Shown here: piece by piece, positions 13,845 to 27,150 of the stretch | How the letters are laid out: every line of letters starts with the position of its first letter | Numbering within the stretch: the stretch's first letter is position 1 | Origin: Ginglymostoma cirratum | Taxonomy: Eukaryota | Reading direction: 5' to 3' | Assembly (NCBI GenBank): GCA_024137785.1 | Contig: JAHRHZ010000084.1 | Coordinates: 7,406,093 to 7,470,092, forward strand | Length of the DNA stretch: 64,000 nucleotides | Position numbers and translations under genes: made by a program | Notes under the pieces: model-generated | The model's database searches: none | Told to the model about the DNA's origin: nothing | What the model saw: the letters and a program-made list of their open reading frames with translations, nothing else

Positions 13845-14999
13845 CAATTCTGCCAGACTTTGGTTAGACAACTTCTGGAAATTGTGCACACTTTACTTTC
13901 AACTTCAAGGAAGGATGAAACAAAAACCGAAATTTCTAGATAAACATTTCTGAAGGAGGTTCACTGGACCCAAAATGCTAACTCTGCATTCTCTCCGCAG
14001 ATGCTACAGACCTGCTGGGTTTTTCCAGCAATTCCTTCTTACATTTCAGATTGCAGTGCATGCATTTTTTTTTTGTTTTAAGTAGGATGTATTCATATTG
14101 GAGACTGCATGGTGAACCTTCAATAAATTTGTCCCTGAGATGAGGTAGGTGACTAATAATGAGAGGCTGAGTAAATTCAAACTTTATCTCGGAAGTCACA
14201 AAGAATGAGGAGCTACTTGACTTGAGAAGCAGTTCATAGGATATATTCATGACAACTTCTAAGAACAATGTTTTGTGGAGCAAAACAATTTATTACAGGT
14301 AATGTTGAATGAGAAAAGTTTTTTGAAGATATTGCAATAAATGAACCACCAGGAACGTAATCATAATATAAAGGATTTTCACATTTTTTTGAAATTTAAA
14401 AACCTTGGGTCCACGAGCTGAGTCTGAAACTTAAATACAAGGCAATTGCAAAGATGCAAAGACAGAATTTACGAAGTTGAACTGGGAAGTAATCTCAAAA
14501 GCAAAGATCTGAAAACCAGTGCTACACCAGTAAACTCTCAACGAAGATATATTCCATCGAGAATGAAAAATTCTACAAATAGTATGGACCAGCTGCAGCT
14601 ATGTAAAGAAATTCAAAGATCTATATGAAACTCCTCTACCCGCTGGTTGCATTTAAGCATTAACCTGCTTCTTTAAGTAGGCTATACTAAGAGACAAACA
14701 CCTTTCAGATCAAGATTCAATCAGACCACCGGTAAAATATAAGAAGGGTAAAGGTGGAAACACTGAGAGAAACCAAACCAATAAAGTAAAACTGTAAATA
14801 AAGTATGTTTTTGTTATTGTTCATAAATGACTTGGATATTAGAATACAGAATCAAATTTAAGAATTTGCTGATGAAGCCAAAATTGGAGTGGCAAACAGA
14901 AGATTATCTTCATGGATTATAACAGTATGTAGGCTAGTGAGTGGCAGGTGTAATCAAGTAAAATGAAGATGATGAATTGTCAAGAGTGTGTAAGGAGAA

Positions 15000-15500
15000 G
15001 CAACAAGGGTAAAGTTTTTGACAAGGTTCCACATGGTAGAATAACTAATAAAGTTAGGCCACATGGAATTCAGGGTGAGCTTGCCAACTGGATAAAGAAT
15101 TGGCTTAACAGTAGAGACAGATTGGTGATGGAGAATTGTTTTTCGAGCTGAAGGCCTGTAGCCAGCTGTGCTCCACAGGGATCAGTTCTGGGTACCCTTT
15201 TATTTGTCATTTATATATAGATTTGTCTGAAAATGTAGAAGTCATGGTTAGTAAGTTTGCGCACAATACCAAAACTGGTGGCATAGAGGACAGTGAAGAG
15301 GATAATCTAAAATCACAAAGGGATCTTGATCAAAAGGGTGAATGGACTAAAAAAATGGCAGATGAAGTTCAATCTGGATAAATTCACGATATTTCATTTT
15401 GATGCAACGAACAGGGTAGGGCTTATTGGTAGGGCGTTCAGTGGTGTTATTGAACAGAAGGGTGCAGGTACATAATTCTTTGATGTTTGTGTCACATATA
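15000..15500 (+). mobile_element. CR1 RT fragment
   Basis: KVFDKVPHGR..GIQGELANWIKNWL and SKFAHNTKTGG. Confidence 0.8.
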
Positions 15501-16645
15501 GACGTTCTTTTTGCAAACTGATATACACATTCACAGTTATACATATCAAAACATCCAATAAAATTTAATCCAAACATCATTCATTACTTTATTTTTCAGG
15601 CTTTCTTTGCAAATCAGGTTAAATATCCTTTCATTCAATCTTCTAAAATAACAATTAACGTTTCAAATACAAAATAAGTTCAGTTCTGAAGAAGGGTGAC
15701 TGGCCGAAACGTTAACTCGCTTTTTCCCCATAGATGGTGCTGGACCTGCTGAGCTTTTTCCAACAATTTCTGCTTTTGTTTCTGATTTCCAGCATCCGCA
15801 GTTCTTTGCAGGATTTTTTGTTGCAAAATCATGTCATTTTCTTTCACATTTGGGGATCAACTTGACTGATTGAATGTCCTGTCCACCTACTTCGCCAATT
15901 CTCCTGTGCTAAACAGCAACATTTTACCCTCAAGATCGCAATGTGCCTCGATAGCGTTAGGACAACCAAAACCTCCAACTGGAATTCTATTAAACCCCGC
16001 CCCCGAAGGCAAATTAAAAGTAAAAATTGTTTTCCAACGCTTATCATTCCGCAGTGCAGAGACGTACAGCTATCAATTGTCACTCTTCAGACTCCAAAGT
16101 TAACTTCACTTATTGGCATTTTTAAAATATTTTTAAATATGTTTCTCTATTAAAGGTTAGATGCGCAGTTATGACCACCGTACATCATTGCTTTGCAATA
16201 AATCATCGAAGTGGCGTAAGAAGACAATCCACAACTTATCACTTGAAAGTAATGACACTCATCACTTATCAAGTTATAAGTGAGGCAAGACATGGTATAC
16301 ATTTCCGTCAGGTTACATCTGCAGACAGAAACTAATTTGCAAGGAAATACCGACCTTTTCTGGTCAGTTTGCTTTAGGGAAATAAACAGGCCATACAATA
16401 TTTCATGTTGAAATAAAAGTGAAAGGAAATTTTTGAATTTATTACTTGACAGAAAAATTCCAACTGCCTTGATATTGGGCTAATGTTTCGTTACAGAAAA
16501 TTATATTCATATCATGTCTTTCACACTTATTGGACTTCCCAAACTAGTTTACAGTCAACTTCGAAAGTGTAATCATAGCTGTGATGTAGAAGACGCCGCA
16601 GCCAATTCGCGCGCACTGCAAACTTCCCGAAATAGCAATACGATA

Positions 16646-16786
16646 NNNNNNNNNNNNNNNNNNNNNNNNNNNNNNNNNNNNNNNNNNNNNNNNNNNNNNN
16701 NNNNNNNNNNNNNNNNNNNNNNNNNNNNNNNNNNNNNNNNNNNNNNNNNNNNNNNNNNNNNNNNNNNNNNNNNNNNNNNNNNNNNN
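16646..16786. other. Assembly gap (141 N)
   Basis: Run of N. Confidence 1.
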
Positions 16787-17589
16787 TAAAGATTGAAGGC
16801 ACTTGGACCAACTCCTTTGCTCTACTTCAAAGGCGTGACATTGGATCCTTCACGTTAACACAGGAGGATAGATGGGAACTTGGCTTAACATTACCTTCAA
16901 AAATCAATGCTTCTGACAGCAGGACTTTCTCAGTCCTGCATTGGAAACTCAGCCTAGATATTGCTGATCTCGTCCGGAAGTGGAATTCTCGCCAACCCTG
17001 TCCTGATACAGGAATGTGGTTACTACCTTCTGATCAACGGGTGGCATTCAAATCCACTTAAAGAAGAATGAAAAGCTACGGGCGACCTGAGCGATCTAAT
17101 TGATATCATGAACGGATCTGACTAGATAGATCATTCCAGAGAAAGTGTTTTCGCTTGCGGTAGAATGCAAAACTAGAGCACATAAACATAAACAGTCACA
17201 GCGAAATCGAAAAGAAGTTTAATATGCAAACGAAGCAGAAATAAATGAAAGGATATGCAAATTGGATTAAACATACCAGGTAAAAAGGAGCAAAAATGCC
17301 AAAATATATCAGGTGGGCTGAACAATCTAGGCTATGCTGTAGGTTTATTGTGATTATCAGTCATGGAAAACAAAACGTGATTTGATCACACAACGGGTTG
17401 ACTAGCATCTGCCAAGAAAAAGTAAATTAACAGTTCAGTCATTGCCCTTCATCAAATCTGGAAAAGTAAGAAAGTGATCTTCAACGACAGCTTACATTTA
17501 TATAAAGGTTTTGAAACACAAAGATGTAGCAGTGTTTGCTGAGGACTAAACAAAACCGCACGCTGTCAAAGAAATGCTGATAGAAAGCG

Positions 17590-18000
17590 ACGAAGTCAGA
17601 AACCATAGGACACCAGGTTATAGTACAACAGGTTTATTTGAAAACATAAGTTCTCTGAGCCTCACTCCTTCTTCAGGTGTCAGTGAGACAGGTAGTATCA
17701 GATGTAGAATTTATAAGTAAAAGATCAAAGTGTCACACCTTTGATGAGGATGCATTACACAAATCTAAGATGCTAATTCTTTAATCAGCTAGAAGGTTTC
17801 AATTGATTAATATGCAAATGTGAATCCCTGAATTCATTTCAAGTCAGTCCTGAGAGTACTAAAGGTTGTATCAATGTAAAGAAGAGGTAATATATTACGT
17901 CAGACAATGCATGGTAGGTGTGAGGCCTTGATTAGAATCTGTATGTGTTATGGTTTGGAGTCAGGCTGGTTTTATTTCTAAAGTTGGAATTTATAAAATT
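17590..18000 (-). mobile_element. Penelope-like terminal fragment at the duplication junction
   Basis: caccaggttatagtacaacaggtttatttg...ctccttcttcaggtg, with a decayed hammerhead-like motif on the minus strand. Confidence 0.5.
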
Positions 18001-18002
18001 CC

Positions 18003-18105
18003 AATTATATAATATTATATTATAATATTTTATAATATATTATATTTTATATAATTTTATAATTATATTATAATTTTTATATTTTGTTATAATAAAATTA
18101 TAAAA
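18003..18105. repeat. AT-only low-complexity (TTATA/TAATA)n tract
   Basis: Directly visible. Confidence 0.9.
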
Positions 18106-18346
18106 TTGTTGCCTCCATACAGTTTATCATGGGCACGTGGTTGGTTTGTCATGTAATACACATTATAATTCTTGTACACATGCTAACCTTTGAAATAAAA
18201 GGTATCAGTCCCTATTGACATTTATTGGACGTGATCGTCCTGGGATACTCCTTTGCAGATCGTCCTCCCGTGTCTGCTCCACGATTCTCTCTGTTTAAAT
18301 CTCGCTTACTCTTCAGTTTCTTATTCAAATATTATTGATCCTGTAG

Positions 18347-18480
18347 GTAAAGATCTCAATTATCTGCCGATTTCTAGATGGGCAGTCGGCATGCTGGCAA
18401 TCTTATTATTGATAATCATTTTGACAAGACTCGAGTTAAAGGTATCAGGTGCTAAGAACGTTTGCCATTTTGCTGAGTAA
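18347..18480 (+). pseudogene. Orphan TM exon copy 2, donor mutated, reads through to a stop
   Basis: Acceptor CCTGTAG intact. GKDLNYLPISRWAVGMLAILLLIIILTRLELKVSG, then GTAAG has become CTAAG at 18452 and the frame continues AKNVCHFAE* to 18480. No V or C1 exon found between 9.8 and 18.3 kb. Confidence 0.75.
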
Positions 18481-19780
18481 TTTTGTTTTCCAAGACACAA
18501 TCATACTTGTTAGAGCCATAAAGAGCAGTTGAATAGTGATTAAATATAGAGGAATAGTGGGCACTTTCCTATATCTTTCTATACTGAAATTGACATTACA
18601 AGCAGTTACGTGATTGACAATTCAACATGACAATATAAACCAGATTTAATTGAACCCCTCATTCGAACTATTTACTCGAATTACACACCGTTCTAAAATT
18701 GGAAGTGCAAGTGTATTGTTTTTAAAGTGCTATCAGAGTAGCCAATTGAAATAACGGCGCAGAGGCTGGTACCCTGTCACCGAGTCACGCATCGTTTACA
18801 TGTGCACAGTGCACTAGCTGTGGCCATCAGCACAGAGTCAGTCCTGGCTCCAAACACTACGCCAACCTGTTTCATGTTATTCACACGTTTATCCCCAAAG
18901 TAATTTCGCAATGCAAGCTAGACTGTCAATTCACCGTCCCAAAAGAGAAAGGGTCTACTCTGTCGTGAGTAGCGTCAAGGCAGGATTTGGAAAGACAATA
19001 TATACTCTGCACAGAGCTGCAACTCTTGTTAATGCAGGTCACTCTAGACTAAAGGAGACTATTACTACTATGTTGGTCTTTGAAAATAACTATTCAATCA
19101 GCTCAGTTCCTGACTCTTTCTCCGTACCCCTGCTTTTGCGTTTAGAAGATAATCTCTCCTTCCTTTTCGCTTTAAAAAAACATTCTATTGACTCTCCTTC
19201 TGCCGGATACTCAAGAAGTGCATTTTAAAGTCGAGCAGCGGTTTTCACAAATAAATCCTCGTATTCTCCTAACTGTTCTGTCAGAAATTTTAATGTACTC
19301 TCTGGATACTGACCGATCCACAACTGACATTATATTTTACTTATTTACTTTATTGAAACTCTCAATATTGCGAACAACTCTAAAAAATCATCCACTGTCT
19401 TTCTCTGCCCTGCAAAAATATAAATTATCTAGTCTACCAGTGTAACTGAGGCTAATCATTTCTGATACTATTCTCATTAATCTCCTCTGCACGCTCTTTT
19501 GGTTGTTATATTCTTCCTGCATACGGATTCTAAAAGAGGTAAACGCAATACGTACTTCCCTACCCTGCCGGTAGCTTTAGAAGAATCAAAGCACTTTTCA
19601 GCGCTTTTGTAATTAACGAGGGCCTGCTCTCTGGCAGATAAATTAAACACGAGAAGTGAATTCTGATTCCGAGCCTTTATGATTCAAACGGATATTAAAA
19701 TAAGAGATTCCCAGGCGATAAAATTGCTAAATTGAAGCAAAAGCAGAAGTCGCTGGAAAAGCTCAGCATCTGTGAGGAGA

Positions 19781-19827
19781 AGTCAGAGTTAACGTTTCGG
19801 GTCCAGTGACCCTTCATCAGAACGACT
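19781..19827 (-). ncRNA. Minimal type-I hammerhead ribozyme motif, core intact
   Basis: Minus strand: GUU-CUGAUGA-A-GGGUC(ACUG)GACCC-GAAA-CG-UU-AAC. Full core, 5-bp stem II, palindromic ACGU stem III and short stem I. Confidence 0.7.
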
Positions 19828-19999
19828 AAGTTGAAGCACTTTTACAGCACAGCCTGCGAAATTATGATTCACCTTTGACAGCTGACGCTGGGAATTTCAA
19901 ATGCTGTTCCTGCCGAGTTCTAATTATAAGGTCATGAGTAGGAAAAAACATGGGGTGGAAGGGGAGAATCGAGTTTTCACGGGAACCAATGACGTAGAT

Positions 20000-22900
20000 T
20001 CAACATGCAACGATGGACTGTTCAGAGAGTTTTAGAATTAAACGTCCAAACTAAACGAGGAGAAAGTATCAGGTAATCATCTCTGAACTGTTTCCGGAGC
20101 CATGTGCCAGTTGTCATAGCATATTCAGATTTGAGACTTCAACACATGGCTCAACCTATATTGTTCGAAGAAATGATATTGATCTTTTGGGAGGCAGGGA
20201 CAATTCCATAACGACAGCTGCACTCAGGTATTAAAATTGTGGAATGAAGAATATTGTGAAGCAAGATTTGGCAATCCAAAGAGATAGAATACGGCATGAA
20301 GACAATAAAACAATACGGTGATGTAGGTATAAAAATGTAGAATAAGATTGTGAGTTTAGCATTAGCTCTGCATCTGTGAATAAAGTCAATGTAGGGAAGA
20401 AAAATAAAGCTGTGAAATTAAAGGATCTTTTCTTCTAAACGCACGAAGCATCGTCAAGAAAATAGGTTTGTTGATTACATGAATATAGCTATTGTAAATA
20501 ATTTAAATTTGATCACTGCTATTGAGGCATGACTACAAAGTGATCGACATTGGGAAATAAATATTGCAGGATACACACATTTTAAAAGAAATTCAACATC
20601 GTAAAAAAAGGAGGCTGACTTTGATAATAGGGGACGATGCAGCAACATTACTAAGAAAATCACCAAAGAGAATCACTCTCCATGGTAAATGGAAATATCA
20701 GAAGTCAGAACATGATCGCTGGACAAGTTTGTCGGATCCATAACAGAAAATATACCGTGGACCAACAATTGAACTAAAAATTTGCAGTTTGCACGAAGGA
20801 AATATATTTATCATGGGTGAATTTAACCTACACATCAGCTGTGTCAATTAAATCGGTAAGCATGGTTTGGAAGAGAAGTGTGTTTGTTCTATAATAGTTT
20901 CATGCAGCAACACACTTTAGAACTGCATCTGAATGAAGTTATCGTACATTTAATGTTGTATAATCAGATAATATTAATTCATAATGTCACAATGTAAGGT
21001 CTGCTGGAAATAGAGATCATAAAACCATTCAATTCCATGTTAGGTTTCAAAGTTACAGTCAGGAACAAGAGTCGTAAATGTAAACACAATCAACTACAAC
21101 AGTATAAGGTGAAAGTAGGCTGATTAAGTAATTTAACTGAATATTATGCTGCTAAGTAAATGCACAGTGGGAAGGATTTCAAGACACAAATACCCAACAA
21201 AATTCAACTCGTTGAATAATAAAAACTCAACAAAAACATCATCCATGGCTCACACAAGAAGTTAAATATTGTGTTTGATTTTAAGAAGTGGCTTATGTTT
21301 TACAAAGAATGGAAACAAACTTACAATTAAGAACGAACAAGGCAGCATCGGAAAGCTGATAAAATTCGAAAAAAATGAAAATAAACTAGCTAAAATTATT
21401 AAAACAGGTTGTAAGCGCATTATTAAGTATACAAAAAGAAGCTTGCCAAAGTATATATTAGTACCTAAGAAGCAGAAACAACAGAAATTTTCACAGGAAA
21501 TGAGGAAATCCATGATATAGCTGTGATTTAACAAAATTTCTTATTTGCAAAAACATTCACATCAGATTGGGAGCTGGAAAATATAATTTCACTTTCAAGG
21601 AAAAAGAAAGAGAAAACAGGGAACTGCAAGACAGTAAGTCTGACAACATTCCTTATCAAAATTCTGCATTGTATTCTTGAAAGAGTGTAAACAATACAAT
21701 TAGAAATGTTTTACAATTAGAAATGATTTCTGATGAAGGGTTTAGGCCCGAAACGTCAAGTTTTCCTGCTCCTATGATGCTGCTTGACCTGCTGTGTTCA
21801 TCCAGCCCCATGCTTGTTATCTCGGATTCTCCAGCATCTGCAGTACCTTTTATCTCTGATACAATTAGAAATGTGTAGTATGTTTAGAACAAGTCAACAT
21901 AGTCTAACAAAAGAGAAATCATGTTTGTCAAATATTTTCGAGTGTTTGGAAGCTTTATCTTGCAAGGTTGATAATAGGGAACTTTTATATATTATGTGCA
22001 GGGATTTCCAAAAGGCATTCAATAAGGTCAAGAGAAAACTAAGAACTGATCAAGTTCAGGATATTATATTAACATAAATAGAGGATCGTTTGACAGGTAA
22101 GAAGAAAAGAATGTGTGCAAACTGAACATTTTCAAGTTGGCAGGCTGTCATTACTCCACCCAAGGACCTATTCTATTTACAATCTAAGTAAACGATTCAC
22201 ATTCAGAGAGAGAATAATTGATCTACATTTTCTCATGATGCAATGCTGGATGGAAAGGTACACAGTCAGATTAAGGACCCTTCCGTATAATGTAGTGACA
22301 ATTCGTCACAAGTTTGATGAATTGATCATATGAAAACAAAGAAACAATTATAATATGATAGAGATTGCAGAGACGTGGTTGCAAGGTAACTAGGACTGAA
22401 TATTGCGTGCTAAAAGGTGTTTTTACATTAGGATAGCATCAAAGTGAAAGGAGATGGTCCTGTTAATGAATGAGTAATCATTACACACGTGAAAAATTGT
22501 CTTTGTTCAGAAGTTTAATTGGCAAAAAATCTGCGGGTGCAGTTAAGAAAATGCAAGGAGAAGAATTTACAAGAGGTAGTTTATAGTCAACCAATCAGTA
22601 GCTACGTTTAAAGAAATCAATAAATGCTATCAATGCTAAGAAAACAAAAAACTATTGTAATAGGTGTGGATGACTTTAGTCTTAATATTTAAGGAAGGAC
22701 GAAATAAAAACCGAAATTGCTGGAGAAAAAATTCTAAAGAAGAGTCACTAGATGCAAAATGCTAACTGTGCTTTCTGTCTCCACAGATGCAGCTCGGCCT
22801 GTTGAGCTTCTCCAGCAAGTTCTATTTTTGCTTCAGATTTCCGGCATTCACGTTTCTTTGTTTTTTTTTGTTTAAGACAGGATGCATTCATAATGGAGGC

Positions 22901-24100
22901 TACACTGTGAACCTTCAATAAATTTGTCGCCGAGTTGAAGTGAATGTCCAATGATGACAGTCCGAGTAAATTCAGCCTTTCTTCTCTGAGGTTGTAATGA
23001 ATGAGAAGCTATTCGACATGAGAAGCAGTTCATAGGATGCATTCATGACAGTTTCAAAGAAAAATAATTTGTGGAACATATTTAGTTAATACAGGTAATA
23101 TTCAATGAGAAAGGTTGTTTGATGATGTTGCAATAAACGAACCACAAAGGAAAGTAATAGTAACATAAAGGATATTCACATTTGGTTTGAAAACCAAAAA
23201 CTTGGTCTAAAACCTCTGTATGAAACTTAAATAAAATACAATTGCAAAATTGAAAAGACAGAATTGGCTAAGTTGAACTGGGAGGGTATGTCGAAAGGAA
23301 AGACTGTGAAAAGCAGTGCTATGCATTTAAATTCTCAGCAGAGATGTATTTCATCGAGAATGAAAGATTCTACAAACATTATGGACCAACTGCAGCTAAG
23401 TAAAGACATAACAGATTCCTATGAAATTCTTCTGTCTGCTATTTTCATTGAAATATTGACATTTTTTTTGAAAATGTTACAACAGCATACAAACAATTTC
23501 TCATCAAGATTCAAACAGAACAGCAACACAATATCAGAAGGGAGAAGATCGTCCAAACGTAGGAAAGTAGTGTTGAAAGTTTATAGATCTGGTCAGGTCA
23601 CAACTAGAATACTGAACCTAGTTCTTGTCATCACAGCTGAGGAAAATTGGGGTCTTGGAGGGGATTCACGTGATATATTAGGAAGATACTGAAGTTCAGA
23701 GATGGCACATGTGTGATCCTGTTGGAAAAGCTGCGTTGTTGGCCTTGATCGAAGGAGATTCAGGGTATAGCATCATACAAGGTCTTCTAGATTATGGTAG
23801 ATATAGATAAAGTAGACAAGGAAAATCTTTTTCAATTAATGAAGAGCATAACATCCAGGGAACACACATTTAGGATTTTGGAAAAGATATGCAGAAGAAA
23901 TTCAAGGAGTCATGGGTGATATTGGATATACAGCCCATTAGGGTGATGGAAGCAGAGACCGTAAATGATTTCAAAAGGGAATTGGAAGGGCAATGGAAGA
24001 AAATGAACTTGCAGGGCTGCAGCAATCAAATAAGTCAGTGGGCGTGGCTGAGTGGCCTCAGAAAAAGCTTTTAGACTTGATACGCCAAATGCTGTCTTTA
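20000..24100 (+). mobile_element. Highly decayed CR1 patchwork shared by all three duplication copies (also about 10380-14960 and 52900-57400)
   Basis: Remnants such as KSCLSNIFECLE..DFQKAFNKV and gagacatggttgcaaggt. Confidence 0.65.
21726..21860 (+). mobile_element. Penelope-terminus mini-insertion
   Basis: Matches the reverse complement of 28221-28350; flanked by TACAATTAGAAATG; absent in copies 1 and 3. Confidence 0.8.
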
Positions 24101-24959
24101 GTACCTCTAAATTGCTCTAATTTAAAGCTGTTTCCATTTATGCACTCATGGCACGCGGGTAGTACTGACGAGGCCAACACTTCTTGCCCATCCTAATTGA
24201 TTTTGAGAAGGTAACGGTGAGTTACCTTCTGAAATTATTGGTGCCCATGTGATGCTGGTACACGCATATTGCTATGAGGAAAGGAGTTTGATTACTTTGA
24301 CCACAAACAGGCAAGCAACATTGGTATAATTCTGACGCAGTATGGACATGGTGACATCCCAAGGCATCCATTGGGAGAAATAGTGGGTTTAGGAAACACT
24401 GTCAAATTGGGAACTGATGAGACGAAATTTAACAACAGCTTTTATTTACAACCTTAATAATCTCAAGCAGTGAGTGACAATGGACGAACAGTTGACATTA
24501 AACATTACTTTCACAGACTGAACAAACAGGTCAAGATAGCAAGTTGCCTTCTGCCACTTGAAACTTGCCAATTCCAAAAAATATCAAAACTTGTCTATCA
24601 AGACAAACGTGCAGTATATATAGATTTAAAGATGACAAGGATAGAGAGAAGCTGGGCGTTCTGAAGATATCCAAACATATACCATAAAATGGATGTCTAT
24701 CACTGTTTCATTTATTGTAGCTAACAGTGAAATACTGACGTGCACATTGCAAGTAATTTGTACATGATGAAAAAGGAGGGTGAAGTGTTAATTTTCACTT
24801 GAGAGTTGAGTGTTACAACTGTACGTAGTATATTCTCCAATACAGCTGTCTAGTTCACTCTGTAAGGCTCACTATTGGTACGCTTATTATAGACTAGATG
24901 CTCCTCTCTTACAAGACTTACATCAATTGCATTGTAGCCCATTTATCTCCAGCCTATGG

Positions 24960-27150
24960 GACACCTATTCCAATATCAAAGATTTTCATAGGGAGGAAGG
25001 CTGGCTTTTCAGGTGAAAACTGAAAATTTGCCACAGATCCTACGTTCAACAAAGGGGTAGCCTATAGCATCAGCGCAAAAGACAAGGCTGGTGCATTTGT
25101 ATCCATTTTCAGCCAGAAGAGTGCAAGGTACATCGTTAACTCATCTTTAAGTCCCAGCATCACAGAGGGACTTAACGATGAGTGAAAGATGTACCTTGCA
25201 CTTGTACATTACTTGTACCTTACCTTGTACATTATTCTGTCCATGTGACATCAACAAACAAAGGAATTCTGCAAAGGCAATGGACCCTGACAACAATGAG
25301 CAAATTGAAGACTTCCAATCCAAGCTAGATTTGTCCCAACCTACCTGTTCCACTGCAGCAGCTGATGAAGGGTTTTGGCTCGAAACATTGACTTTCCTGC
25401 TCCCCGGATGCTGTGTTTTTCCAGCTCCACATTTCTTGACTCTAGCTTCCAGCAGCTGCAATCCTTACTGTCTCCCAGCTAAACCACTGGCATCTGACCA
25501 GCAATGTGTAAAATTTCTCACATATGTCCTGTCCTCAAAAAGCAGCATATACCCTATACAGCGAAATGTCACTGTGTCAGTCTAGTCTGCACCATTGGAA
25601 AGTTTATGGAAAGGGCTAGTATTATGAAAAGACACTTTCTCAGCATTAACCTCCTCACTGGACCTTATTTTAGGTTCTGCCAGGGACACTAAAGTCTGAA
25701 TTTCATTTCAGTTTGCTTCCATTGATAAAAATACCTGAACTCCAGAGGCAAGGTGATAGTGGCTGCCCTTTACATCAAGTAAGCAATTGACAAAATATGG
25801 TTTCAAATAGCACTCGCAAAATAGGAATCAATGGTATACAGAGGGGAAAAAACGCCGGGAATTGGAGTCACACACAGCAGAAACGATGATCATTGCGGTT
25901 GTGAAAATCAATCAGCTCAGTCCAAGTAAAATACTGTAGGAGTTCCCTAAGACAGTATCTTAACCCAACCATCTTTAATTGATTCAATTGCCTTGTCACC
26001 AAATGGTCAGAAATTAGCATGTTTGCTGGTGATTGCACAATCTTCAACAGAATTTACAAATCATACGGTACATGTCCACATGCAGCAAGACCTGGATGGT
26101 ACTTGGCTTGGATTGATGTGTGGCAAATAAAGTTCATGCCACAAGAGTGCTGACAATTGCAATTTCAAACAAGACGAATTAACAACAACAGCAAAAACAA
26201 AGTTGCTGGAAAAGCTTAGCAGGTCTAGCAGTATCTGTGAAAGAGAAAACAGAGTCAATGCTTTGGGCCCGGTGACCCTTCCTCAGAACTGAGGAAGGTT
26301 CTGAGGAAGGGTCACCAGAACCGAAACATTAACTCTGTTTTCTCCTTCACAGATGCTGCCAGACCTGCTGAGCTTCTCCAGCAACTTTGTTATTGTTCCT
26401 GATTTACAGCATCCGCAGTTCTCCTAGTTTTTAAGACGAATTAACAATTTCCGCTCAACATTTATTGGCATTTCTATCATTGAGAGCCCCACTGTCAACA
26501 TCCTGGGATTATTGTTGACCTGAAACTGAACTGGACCTTTTAAATAAATACTTGTATTGCATGATCATTTGAAAGTCAAGGATTTCTGCCGCCAGTAATT
26601 TGCCTCATGACATGCCAATGCCTTTTTCACCATCCCCAAGGCATATGTCAGGAGCGTCATGGAATACTCTACATTTGCCTGGATAGATGCAGACCTGACA
26701 GCAACCAAGAAGCGCAACGCTATCCAAGATAAAGCAACCCATGTCATTAGCATCCAATCCAACACCTTCCACATGCAATTCCTTCACATTTGACATATAG
26801 GGTAACAATATGCACTACCTGCAAGTTGCACTACAACAACTGTCCAAGGCACCGCCAAAAGCAACTTCCAATACCATGAGCTCGACCATTTGGAAGTACA
26901 AGAGCAGCAGATTCTGGGCCACCTGCAAGTTCCTCTTCAAACCGCCCATCATCCTGCATTGAACTTTTCCTGCATTGTTCCCTCATTTCTTCCTGGATCT
27001 AAATCCTTAACTTCCTCTGAACGATGACATGGGAGTACCTACATACAAAGGACTGCAGCAATTAAGTGTCAGCTCACCACAAACTGCAACAGTGATTTGA
27101 CATGGACAATAAGTACAAACGGAGCAAGCAATGTCAATACCAAATGAATT
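24960..27150 (+). mobile_element. Decayed LINE of the CR1/L2 group (paralog 58270-59270; related copy on the minus strand about 4380-6900)
   Basis: RT-like remnants (gctgccctttacatcaag, tttgctggtgattgcaca, caggagcgtcatggaatactct) and a 3' tail shared with the SINE at 37756. Confidence 0.55.
26186..26432. mobile_element. Fold-back Penelope-derived mini-element
   Basis: Inverted arms of about 100 bp centred near 26293; perfect 15-bp flanking duplication AAGACGAATTAACAA (26171-26185 and 26433-26447). Confidence 0.85.

Larger units (their letters stand above)
7690..17586 (+). repeat. Segmental duplication copy 1 (3' part of the receptor gene unit, most diverged)
   Basis: Collinear similarity by eye: 7740~40040, 9507~18187~42345, 10130~50180, 10380~20345~53320, 15510~59820, 16790~29411~61060. 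Confidence 0.85.

Noticed and set aside
16514-16811. ORFs spanning the N run
   Set aside because: Artefacts of the gap.
18911-19445. ORFs repeated at 51524-52399 (also 25178 vs 58561) as conserved genes
   Set aside because: Similarity comes from segmental duplication; frames break between copies and no domain is recognisable.
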